NCBI GenBank assembly: GCA_023231475.1
Contig: JALJEE010000149.1
Location: forward strand, 62,001-126,000
DNA: 64,000 bases
DNA from: Seison nebaliae
Taxonomy: Eukaryota
Direction of reading: 5' to 3'
Shown here piece by piece: positions 52,662 to 64,000 of the stretch. The notes under the pieces were generated by a model. It was not told the origin of the DNA and ran no database searches. It was given only the letters and a program-made list of their open reading frames with translations. Position 1 is the stretch's first letter, and every line of letters starts with the position of its first letter. The position numbers and the translations under genes were made by a program.

Positions 52662-54487
52662 ATGATCGACAACTTAAGTGAACTGGGAAAAGAAACGGCG
52701 CAAATCACAGGGAATGGACGAAGGACAAAATTGAAGAAATCTCAGGAAGACGTCAGTGAATTAGGAGAGTATACAAGTGGTATGGGAGATAATATTCGTA
52801 TTAAGCGATTGGGACTCGATTGGAAATGGGGAACATTAGGACAACATTATCTCAAATCGACATATCAAGCTAAACGACTAAATCGATTGACGAAGAAAAT
52901 GATATTGTCATTAGTTCTCATACTTTTCATTTTGTTTCTGTTGATTAAACATAATAAAATTCCGGATAATGTTCGAATACCTGGAGAGAAATATGCGGTC
53001 ATAATCGATGCCGGATCGACCGGTTCTCGATTGCACGCTTTCCATTTTATCCAAGATCCCAAACAATGTTAGTTAATTAATTTTCATTATCAATTATTGA
53101 TAATTGATTTCAGTTCCATCATTTGTGTTAGTGAACGATTTCTTCAAACCAAGTAAACCAGGATTATCTGCCTTCGCACACAACATTCCAGGAGTTTAAA
53201 TATTTTTAATTTTAATTATCTTTTTATATTATTGGAAGGCAGTTGAAAGTATCGAGAAATTGATGATGAAGGCGAATAATCATCTTCCAAGACATTCCTT
53301 TCCAAATCCTGATTGTTCTCAAATCTCCGAACCATTTTCATGTCAGAAAAATGTTCCTTTGACATTAAAAGCTACTGCTGGTCTCCGTTTACTTCCTGCA
53401 CATGCTGCTGATGATATTCTAGATGCAGTTTTCATTTCTATTTTTTTTATCATATTTTTCAATTTGTCAAAGTTGAAACATCGATTTGCTCAAACGACTT
53501 ATTTCCTCGATAATGTCAATGAGAGTGCGGAGATATTGAATTCGAAAGATGAAGGTATATTCGCATGGATCACTATTAATTATCTTCTCCACAAACTCCA
53601 CAATTCGAAAGAGACAGTGGCAATTTTGGATTTGGGAGGAGGGAGTGGACAAATCACTTTCGCTCATCCACATCGTATCTCCGATAATGCACAACGAATG
53701 GTACAATATTCGTTCTTTGGGAAGAATTTCCAATTATTCTCTCACAGTTATTTGGGATTAGGTTTAATGATTAGTCGTTTCCATATTCTGGTAAATGGAG
53801 AATCAGAGAAAACGAGTCATCATCAATGTCTCATTGGGAATGGTCATTTCTTTTATCAAACATCTAAAATATTCGGAGAGTTCATTTCTTTTCAAATTCA
53901 TTTTATTATGAATTTTCAGATATCGAGTTATTGATGATCGTGTCATGAAATGTGACAAAGAAATCGTTCAATATATTATGGAAATGAAACGCAGTTTGCA
54001 AACGGAATATCTTCCTGAGAATATTAGATTCAATGAAGAAACTGTCTATGAACAACAAAAGACAATTCTTCATTCATTCTCTTATACTTATGACGTGGCT
54101 GTCGATGCCGGATTAGTACCAGGTTATTTTGAAAATTTAAATATAAATAATTTCATTCTTTCAATTTGAAGAAAGAAGTTCCGGTAAATTAGTTCGACCA
54201 ATCGAATTTTATAAGAAAGCGAAAGAATTGTGCAATTCCGTCAATCAAGATCATCCATTTCTTTGCTTCGATTTATTGTATGTTTATAATCTTTTTACGA
54301 AAGTAGCAGGAATTGATGATCGATCACCAATTTATGTTATCTTCTTCATTCAATTTTCTTCTTCATATTTTTATTTATTTTCCAGATTTGTAAACAAATC
54401 GACAACACAGAAATCAGTTGGGCATTAGGTGCCGCTTTCAATTTACTTTCAAAACAACAACATTTCTCAGAAGACGATGATGTTTGA
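52662..54487 (+). CDS. GDA1/CD39 nucleoside diphosphatase (ENTPD5/6 type), 7 exons
   Basis: Single N-terminal TM; apyrase regions DAGSTGSR, KATAGLRLL, EGIFAWITINY, DLGGGSGQ, SWALG. Start may be 52662 or 52782. Confidence 0.92.
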
Positions 54488-54699
54488 AAAAAATAATTTT
54501 TATAAATTTCATTCAATTCTTTCTTTTGATGATAATTCGTTTTTCTTTAAGCAAATTACACCGTCCTTATTTATCTTCCATCATTTCATTCATAATAGAA
54601 TATCTTCTTCGTTTCATTCATTTCATTAATATTAATTTTCTTTTTCGAATAAATTATTGTAAACCTTTAAATTACTATAAAACCATATTGAAAATGTAA

Positions 54700-56320
54700 T
54701 TAATTTATTCGATCACCTCTCTCATTGAAAAGTTGATAATATTCTCTTAATTGATCGATTGGAATAATTGATTCCATTCTCAAATTATTCACAACGAAAT
54801 TCTTCTTCATTGGCAACAACCAATTATATGTTTCTTCATATTTATCTGAAATATAAGACATAGGATTACATGGAACAGTAAATCGATATCCGTCCAGAAT
54901 TGCTGTACATAAATTAGAAGGAAATTTGTGAAAAATTTCTCTGTTATTTGAACAAATGAAAATCTCTCACAGAAATATTTAAAAGAAACTTATAAATCGT
55001 ATCATCCGTCTGATAAGGAGATTTTAAAGTGAAACGATCGTTCGATTGGAAAAATGTTAAATCGAAATAATGCTCGTTCAATCTGGAAACTAAACGATAT
55101 TCAAACATTCCGTTTTTCTTCATAAAATTTTTGAAAATTTCAATTGAAGAAATAAAAATTGAAACTTTTCCCAAAATGATATTGATGAATAATTTAGCTT
55201 TATTTTTCCGAAACATTCGAAATTTCCTTTCTAAAACATCTCGAATTAATGGATATTGTTCGGCGAATAATCCATAATCCCAATCTAATGTATATTTGAT
55301 CATATCTCCTTCACGATACCATCCTGAAGAATTTAAAAAAGAAAATTTTAGAATTAGAAAGAATAAACCTAAAATTGTACCACCATCCAACCAAATATGG
55401 ACACCAAATCGATTGAGTAAACGTTTCAAATAATATGCGACTAAAAGTGTCGTCCGTCTCTCCAAATGACGTTTCATGGAAATGGAAATATTTAAATAAT
55501 TTGTCAATATTTTGAAATTGTTACAATACGGTACAATTAGTTGTGATTCACTCAAATCGAATTTATACAATTTTGGAGATATGGGAATGTTAAACTGATT
55601 TCCTTCATATTCGAAAACTTCAAATTCGAAGTTGCTAATCGCTGTCGAATAAGAACCGAATGTTAGTTGAATTTTGAACGAAAGTTCATTCAATTCTTTC
55701 AAGAATTTCTTAGAAAATGGTGCAATTCGATAATAAGTTCTCTCGTTAATCAATGTCACTAAATGAATGAAAAATTGGTTTGTTTCATCGATAAATAGAA
55801 TATGATCGAAATAAGAAGAATTTCCAATTATTTCTCGATCGTAATAAACATTTCCATTACATTCAATATCCACATGAACTGATGAAGTAATAAATTTTAA
55901 ATATCGGAAATTTCCCAATAATTTTCTGACGTATACTGATGTATTTACATCGATACCGAAAATGTACGAGTTCCGAAATGATTTTAAAATGTCTCCCACA
56001 TTCAAATTATTTGGAAGATAAGAATCTTCTAGTTCGATATCTTTCATCAATTCCTCATAATGTTCAGTAAATTGATTTTTATCTTCAAAATTTTCATTCA
56101 CATAATGACGTCTCTGAAAAACCTTCCGTTTTCTTTTCTTACTAATATCAATTTTCTCCAACATATCAATATGAATCATGAAAAATTTAGAAATTCCACA
56201 TCGTTTCCCAATCTCCAAAAATTTCTCTAAAATCATCAAATTTCTCCGGTGATTTATCGATTGATTGATGAGTAAAAAACAAATTACAAATATAATTAAA
56301 CAGATGAAATATTTTTTCAT
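54700..56320 (-). CDS. FKTN: Fukutin-like (LicD family) ribitol-phosphate transferase, 4 exons
   Basis: N-terminal signal anchor; WLDGGTILG|WYREGDMIKYTLDWDYG (DxD); C-terminal FTVPCNPMSYISDKY. Confidence 0.75.
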
Positions 56321-56744
56321 TTCCAAATTTTGAGAATATCTTATCAGAATAACGAGATATGAAATTGAATTGGAAAATTCTAAATTTTCTTTTATTCTGA
56401 TATTTATTCTGTTGAATTTGGTTGTCATGACAATTTTTTTTTAAACTTCATTTCTTTCTCTGGCGAAAGAAACGAAACATGCTATCAAATGTCCATGAGT
56501 TATTACTAAAATTAATGTTACGAAAATTTGTTTCAACCTTTTCAATCTTTCAATTTCTTGATTAGATGATTGGTAACAGTAAATATGAAAAGAAAATTTT
56601 TTAAAGAAATTTTATTTTGTAATTCATTAATTATGTCAACGAAAAAATTATAAAACAAGAAGAAGTAGAAAAGATATGAAATGTTTATTGATTGAAATGA
56701 TGTTGGAGTTCTTGGAAAGAAGGCACTTATTAACAATAGTATAA

Positions 56745-58661
56745 CTATTCACTGGGAAGTAATTGATTCTCCTTCTCATTTGATGAAATAATATCATTTA
56801 CTGAATTACACAATTTCTTTTGTGATGTGGCTTTATCGAAAAAATCTATAATTAATTTTCTTTTAACTCGAATTGGAGAGATGGAGAGACGTCGTTGGAA
56901 ACGATTAATTCGTTTCTCAATTTGATCTTTCTCTTCTCTCTCGTATATTTTGAAAAATAATTTATCATTGAATTGGATTCGAGCATTACGTGGCTCTTGT
57001 TCTTCTTCTGTTCGAATTGGAAATTTCGTAGAATTCTTCTTTAAAATTGAACCAGTTCGACTTGGCGTATGATTGAGTGAAGACGTCATCACTTCGACTG
57101 GTGTAAATCCATTCAATCCCGGATTGATTTTCAATGGAGTTGTTCTCAAATTAGTTTTCGTTTGAAGAATTTTCGTTTCGGTAAATGCATAAATTTTCCG
57201 TCGTTCTTTTTTGGTGGGTGTGGAAAATTGATCATTCTCTCCAGTTCTTTCTGGTGATATTTTTATCTCTATTTTATCTTTCGTCAATTTCTCATTTTGA
57301 AAATTTATTTTTTTCGGTTCAACATTTTCATCTGAAATAATTTCATTCGACAATTTTCTTATTGTTATCGATTGTGATTGAATTGATTGATTTGATTGAT
57401 AATCAGGAATTGTATCATCATATTCTGATTTCATTTCCTTATACATCAAATTTAATGATTCGTCAATTGTCGTTACAATTTCACATTTATCATCATCCGT
57501 CTCTTCTGCAGGTTTTAGAGATTGTAAATGATTTTTATTCAATTCTAAAAAAAGTAGAAATCGTTCACTGAATTTAGAAGAGATTCTCTTGTCGTTCAAT
57601 ATTGGGAGGAATTTTTCGATGAATAAAACGATTTTGTCATTTTGATGGAAATTGATGAAAATGTCAATTAGATTAAATGGATGAAATATTTGAGGAATGA
57701 TTTGCGTGTAGATCTTATCAGAAAGATCATCATTCAAATTTTTCAAAAATTCCACATTGAAACAATTTATCATTAAATCTTCCAAAATTCCCATGGATCC
57801 AACCGGTTTCCTATTCAAATATTTATTCCAAATAACATGTAACAAAGGAAGAAGATCGACAAGAATCACATGAATAATTTCATAAATTGAATAAATAATT
57901 TCTTTATTCTCATTATTCTCTTTCATTCCATCCAACAATGATTTATACAATTTCATCAAACCAACATCTAAATATTGTTTCAATTTTGCCGAAATCTTTT
58001 TCCTCAATTGAATTCGACACAATTTCACATACAAATTTACGATATCCATTAAAATATTCTCCGTCTGAGTTTTTAAGTGATGGTTGATGTCAAATTCGAA
58101 AATAAGACGTCTCAAAAAATGAATTACAATTCCAATTTCACAATATTCACATTTAGATAAATTTAATTGTCGATTTAAATATTTCACTATTTCCATCACC
58201 ATTCGCTGTGCGACTAATCTCTTCGGATTCGTCTTCGGGAAATAATCAGATATTTCGTCTTCATAAATCGATAAACTTTTCATAATATCGTCGAGATTCG
58301 TTAAATATGCCGGATTTTTTGACGAGCCGACTGATGATCTTATGATAAGATTTAATGAAATCTTAATAGAAATTAATAATCGATCGAAATGAATTTCATT
58401 CATTGGATAAATCTTCTCATTTCTCACATGTCTCAATTCGATCAATTCCCATTGGAGACTGAAACGGAAATATGATTTCAATTGAACATTAGTCAATGAT
58501 TCACCATCATTCATTTGTAATATCTTCTCATATTCCAACATCTGATCCTGACACATCAATTCCTCCACATGTTGTGTTGAATTGGGACAATTCTTTCGAT
58601 TGGATTCGTTTAATAATTTGAAATAATCTTTCACTTCTGATAATATGTCCTGCTCAATCAT
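56745..58661 (-). CDS. Unknown helical protein with disordered C-terminus carrying SILK/RVxF-like motifs (Rif1-like architecture)
   Basis: Long ORF; L/I-rich helical N-terminal region of about 400 aa; TPSRTGSILKK...NARIQFND. Confidence 0.7.
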   Translation of the reverse strand: MIEQDILSEVKDYFKLLNESNRKNCPNSTQHVEELMCQDQMLEYEKILQMNDGESLTNVQLKSYFRFSLQWELIELRHVRNEKIYPMNEIHFDRLLISIKISLNLIIRSSVGSSKNPAYLTNLDDIMKSLSIYEDEISDYFPKTNPKRLVAQRMVMEIVKYLNRQLNLSKCEYCEIGIVIHFLRRLIFEFDINHHLKTQTENILMDIVNLYVKLCRIQLRKKISAKLKQYLDVGLMKLYKSLLDGMKENNENKEIIYSIYEIIHVILVDLLPLLHVIWNKYLNRKPVGSMGILEDLMINCFNVEFLKNLNDDLSDKIYTQIIPQIFHPFNLIDIFINFHQNDKIVLFIEKFLPILNDKRISSKFSERFLLFLELNKNHLQSLKPAEETDDDKCEIVTTIDESLNLMYKEMKSEYDDTIPDYQSNQSIQSQSITIRKLSNEIISDENVEPKKINFQNEKLTKDKIEIKISPERTGENDQFSTPTKKERRKIYAFTETKILQTKTNLRTTPLKINPGLNGFTPVEVMTSSLNHTPSRTGSILKKNSTKFPIRTEEEQEPRNARIQFNDKLFFKIYEREEKDQIEKRINRFQRRLSISPIRVKRKLIIDFFDKATSQKKLCNSVNDIISSNEKENQLLPSE

Positions 58662-59147
58662 AACGGTTAGGATTGGAGTAAATTTGGTGGACTGTAGAAA
58701 ATTACACGACAATTCTTTTCGATTGTTAAGCTAAAATTTGAAAAGTTTGATCATTTAACAATTCACTCAAAATACGAAAAGAAATTTGATTTATTTTTTC
58801 AATTTTTTGATTTCTCTAATGGACGAAATTTCTTTTTCATTTTTTTTCTAAAAATTCCGTTAATAAATCAATAATCATTTTCCTAAAATAATAAACAAAA
58901 ATTTTTTTATTTGTAAATTTAAATTTATCATGAATCGAAAAATTTTCGATTAATAAAATAATAGAAAAAAAAGATTATCAACAATCGACTTGAAGTTGAG
59001 ATTTGGATGAGAGAAAAAATATTTAAAAGAAAAAAGAAATGAATAGAAGAGAATTTAAAATATTAAAATATAAAAATTTTGGCTTAAACAAAATATCGTG
59101 TTTGAATAATAAGAAAAGAAAACAATTATTCCAGAAACGATAAGTCA

Positions 59148-61959
59148 ATGACAAGTTGGGCTTCTTTCCAGTATGATGACGAAGAGGAGGATGATGATAA
59201 CGATATGACGGTTAGATGTGATGAATATGATGGTGAGGATGAAGAGAAGAAAGATGAAGGAGATAATAATTATTGGAAACGACCTAGATCTGATCTCATT
59301 GTTGTTGTGGAGAGTAATAAACAAGTGATGGATAATGTGGATTTATTGGAGAAGATGTTTAAAGCAGAAGATTATGATGGACGATTTCATGACGATGATT
59401 CATCATCAATAGAATTAGAAGATGTTTGGTCATTGAAGAAAGCAAATGAGACAGATATACGTGATGATTTCTTAATGAATAAATCATCAGAATCGATCGA
59501 GGAAGAAAATGAATATGATAAATTTATAAAGAAATTTGAAAATTCGAAATTTCGAATAGTAATCAAACCATTCGAATTAACCGATGAATATCAGAGAATG
59601 TTTCCATCTGATGATTTGGAAAAGAAAGAAAAAAAATTATCTGGTTTCCTTCATTCATATGAATTGATGAAATATGATAAAGAAATAGAATGTGATGATA
59701 TAATTATAACGAATTCATTAATTGGAAAAATGAAAAATATCGAATCAATTTCTCGTCCTCAACTCACTACAACGACAACAACAACAACAACAATATCATT
59801 AAAATCAGATAAAATTCAATTGATTTTAAATAAAAATAAATTTAAATTGAAAATATATTTCCCATCAATTAATGATGTGAAGATGCATCATAATAGAAAT
59901 TTTTCAAATAGATCTATAAAATATTTATTATATCCAACAAAAGATATCTCCTCTTTATTGTGTCATTGTTCATCATATCATCATGTTGCTGATTGTTTTC
60001 GAAAATATGTATTTGCTAATCTCGTCAATGTGATCAGTTGGAAACAAAAAATTTCTTCATTACAAATTTCAGAGAAAGATGAATATGTGGAAACAGTTAA
60101 TGAAGAACTTACTAGTTTCCTTGGTACAATTTTGAATGGAAGTGAACAAATAGGAAATCATAAAGCTTATGACAATCACTCGTTAGTTTTACAACATCCA
60201 ATTCGGAAGAAGATAATCGCTCCATTATATGAAGGAACGGAGAAAGTGGAAATTGCGATTGGACAGAAAGTGAAAAATGTTTTAAGATATCAAATAACTT
60301 TAAATTTCAACGATTATTCTTCAATTATTAATTGTTTTTTTATTTTGAATGAGAATTATCTCATTATTCTCACGACGAGATCAATTCGAATTTATAATAT
60401 TCTCCAACTTATTTCTTCCCATTCATCCACTCATATGGGAAGATTTGAAGATGCTGAAGAAAATTATTTAGATAAACATCCCGACAAAATAGTGAGAGGT
60501 CCAGGAAGAAAAAGGAAATTGAAGAAATTGAGTGAAACAAATCGGAAATTTCTCCTCAATATTTTCTCGTCAGAGAAATCACGAATAACCGAACAAAAAT
60601 TCAAACGATTATTATCATCTTTAAATAAGAATGAATTTTTAGATTTTAAATTACCTCAAGAACATGATAATATCATCAACGGTTTATGTAAGGAGACTGA
60701 TGATGGGAAAATTTTCTTTTATCTCCAAACAGCCAACAGAGCAGTCTTTATTTATTATCTCAATATGAATTTTTGCGTTGGTTTCAGAAAGTTGAAAAGT
60801 GATCTGGTTGCCATGGCAGCGTCATCCCGAACACTTTCGATGGTGGTGAAAAATACGTTATATTTCTATAATTTATTTCCAATACAACCGATTGAAGAAA
60901 ACAAGGAGAAAATAAAGAATACACTTGAAAATGCGAAAAGTTTCTGTCTCGAATATTTTTGTTCGAGAAAAGATTTGGAAATTTATGAATATGATCGACG
61001 AGGTGGACGAATTGAAATCGATCCATTTGGTCGACCGAGACATCGGGATTATGATATTTTCACTGATACTCCACAATTCCGTTCATTAATATTTCATGTG
61101 AAATCGAAATATCATTTCATCGATATCATTTATCATCCGTCACAATCGATATTTATTATTATTTTTCAATTTGATCAGAAACATTTAAAATTCGATTTCT
61201 TCGATATGGGAATTTTTTCAAACAATTCTCCAGTTTAATTTTTTCAAATAATTTTTTTTTCTAATTATTCATTATTCTTTTCAGATGATTCCATTCGACA
61301 ATGTTCAAATCGAAACGAAAACCGTTATCAGTCACAAGTCGGGTGTGAATGTGGCATTTTGTCAAGAAGGAATTTTGATGGTTGTTCAGGAGAATAATAA
61401 TGTTTTACATTTCCTCGATTTGCCTCAAATGAAGAAAATTGAAACAATCGAATTAAATGGTAAGAATGAATCGCTTCATTTACAATTCTCACTCGATAAT
61501 CGTTATCTCTTCATTTATGAAGATAATCGAATTTTTCGATTATTGATAAAGAATATACTCACCGATCCAACATATCGAGCATCAACATTATATTTGAATG
61601 AGAAAGTGTTGAAAGATTTTTTCTGGGCTAAAATGAAAGGGAAACATGCGAAGGAATTAAGAAAGAAACTCCACAAGGAATTGTTACAAGCTAATGCTGA
61701 AGAAGTTGATCGATTGTCTATGTGGCAAAATGATGAACATCTTCGATATGTAGAAGATGATGCGAATGAATCAGATTTATGTGTCAAATTACATTCTATA
61801 AATGAAGATAACGAGGAAATTGTTGATAATCGAATAAAGAACTTCCAATTGATATTCGATGAGGAAATGTCTGGGAATTTCAGATTATATCGATACAATT
61901 CACGATTTGCATTCCATTTAAGTCTTCGAGATACTTCCAATGTTACACTTACGTTTTGA
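59148..61959 (+). CDS. Unknown protein (about 920 aa), acidic N-terminus, beta-rich C-terminal half
   Basis: Two long ORFs joined in frame by intron 61234-61284. Confidence 0.75.
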
Positions 61960-62217
61960 AAATGTTTTGAAAATGTTTTCAAAATATTGTTTTGAAAATA
62001 CCATCAATATAGAATTATGAAAATACTCTGTTTTATATTTCCTATGACAATGTAAACTTTAAATCCTTCATCTATTATCAGAATAGAATGAAATTATCTT
62101 TAAATAAAATTTTATAATAATTTTTTATTAACTAAAATTTCCAATAATAATCAAATTAAAACTATGAAATTCTCAATAAACAATATTAATTTAATTCTTA
62201 TATCCAATATAATAAAA

Positions 62218-63866
62218 TTAATTTTTCTCTAAAACATTTGTTTCTCCGTAAAATTTTTTCAAAATTAATTCAAATTTCACTAATAATTGATCGATCTCTT
62301 CCCAAGTCATTCCAACGGCAACAGCGAATGTTATATAAGGAACGTTTGAGAATTGTTGATTATTCGAATGACTACCCCAATTGGTTATAAGAAGATCATC
62401 GATATGCATATCTTTGACACCTGTAACGACTCTGAATTGAAAATGAAATAGAAATAAAGATGAATAATTGATTGAATGGAACCGAGCTCCTGATACACAT
62501 GAATGATAAAGTTGAGCGCCGATATCTTCGATAGCTACGTCTCTCAATCCTTTCAATTGATGTAAAGTAAATGCTAAATAATTAATGAATAATAATAAAT
62601 TGATAATATCATCCAACCAATACTTATATTATTATGAGGAGAATATAATAATTTCTCTTTATAATCAATTGCCAATTCATTCAATCTCTCATATAATTTC
62701 TTATGTAATTCCACTCGATCTAATAATAATTTCTTCCAACCTTTTCTTCCCAACGATAACAAAGTGATAAAAACATCTAATGATGATGACGCTGATGCAC
62801 GACCACAATAAGATTGAGCCAATTCCTTTATATGATTTTTATTATTCGAACATATGACAGATCCGCCTACTGGAACTAAAAAATTCTTATCGACCGATTG
62901 AATCACATAACTAATTCCTCCGATTTTGAAACCCTAAAAATTAATCATGAAAAAATTTTCTCGATAATTCCTCAACTTGTTCAATTTCATGACAACATTT
63001 CGTTGATTGAATTCCATAAGCATTATTTACAAGTTGAGGAATGTGATATTTTTTAGAGAGTTTCGAAATCTCTTCAATTCTTTCAAAATTTGAATTTTTG
63101 ATATGAAAAAAAATAGATTTAATTTAACTTATCACAAGATCTGGGTGCAAAACATGAAGTTGTTGAGAGAATACAAACAATCTCATCAGATCGTTCACGT
63201 ACAATCTCCTCAATCTTCTCAACATCCGTTTCCAATCCCAAATTATTCTTATTGTATTTATCTAATATCGGTTCGATGATAATGGGAATAAGTCCTAAAA
63301 TTTGCAAATTAAAAAAATCTTCTCAATCGAATAAGAGAATGAACCTGCAGTTACGATCGATTTCAAACAAGATTTCTGATCAATTCTTGGCATTATCACG
63401 AATTTTGCATTATTCTTTCTCTTCTTTTTCAAATACAACATACAAAACACCAATGTCATACCAGTAGCCATTGGAGTGATAAATGAAGATTTGACGGATG
63501 TGATTCCTTTGAAATTAAAATAAATTTTCAAAAAAAAATTTCTAATGGAACCACTCAAATTGATGATCTGTTTCACCAATTTATTCGTCAAATGATTAAC
63601 GAGAGAAGAACCAGCCGCTTTCGGTTGACATGCCAAAATGTCACCAGATCGTCCAATTCCGTGAGCGAAACTGAAAAAGGAATTTCAGGGAATTAGATGG
63701 AAAATAAAAACTTAAAATGACGTTTGGCAACTAAATTGGATTGAACTCTTCCTTCTCTCTCACCAGCTCCACAACGATCAATGAAATTATTATTGTCCAT
63801 CTCCGACAATTGAAGTAGAATACGTTCAATTAACAAGTTATCAAAACCATTTTCTGGTAGCTCTCC
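62218..63866 (-). CDS. SEPSECS: O-phosphoseryl-tRNA(Sec) selenium transferase (first exon outside window)
   Basis: GAGEREGRV, HGIGRSGD, QPKAAGSS, PMATGM, RIDQKSC, TTSCFAPR, NNAYG, QSVDKNFLVPVGG (PLP lysine), VSGARVV; seven internal GTT-AG introns. Confidence 0.96.
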
Positions 63867-64000
63867 CTGGTTCACATGATTTCAGAAGATTACGAATCAA
63901 TTTCACAAAATTATAATTTTCCAAGAAAAATTGTTGAAAAGATAAATTTTTCAAAAAATTTATTTTTCGAGAAATTTGGAGAAATTAAATTTTTTTTTAA

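Noticed and set aside
27641..63551. Several stop-free introns of 3n length (SKIV2L, GPCR, RABL3, ENTPD, FKTN, SEPSECS)
   Set aside because: About 8 of 75 is roughly what chance gives for 45-nt introns; they mainly explain hydrophobic junk inside ORF-track proteins.
63867..63910. Apparent frameshift in SEPSECS (LIRNLL in another frame)
   Set aside because: Better explained as the end of intron 1 (CCAG acceptor before GELPENG), with exon 1 outside the window.

Overview
Eukaryotic, not prokaryotic: an extremely compact, AT-rich animal genome segment (NeuroD bHLH, secretin-family GPCR, fukutin). It holds about 25 protein-coding genes split by tiny (mostly 41-65 nt) introns, so the ORF track fragments or misses several. 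Recognisable genes: SYF2 (3' part), DPAGT1, NVL, NeuroD, an LRR protein, RBM8A, RNF7/RBX2 (absent from the ORF track), MRPS30, COPS2, a divergent homeobox, SKIV2L, GNPDA, a calcitonin-type class B GPCR, ARPC5, an HDAC11-like gene, two CFAP97D-like genes, RABL3, ENTPD5/6, FKTN-like, SEPSECS (partial) and several orphans. Most striking: (1) about 70 of about 75 hand-placed introns begin GTT instead of GTR, and many end in AAG/GAG; (2) an intact, spliced HDAC11 paralogue has lost its catalytic residues and two of three zinc ligands; (3) a signal-peptide-bearing atypical kinase; (4) two long hairpins, one with strongly G-U-biased pairing and one inside an apparently spliced non-coding transcript; (5) a 2 kb degenerate repeat array with WD40-like remnants. 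The organism cannot be named from sequence alone; a miniaturised invertebrate is an inference. All splice sites were placed by hand from reading-frame and homology continuity.
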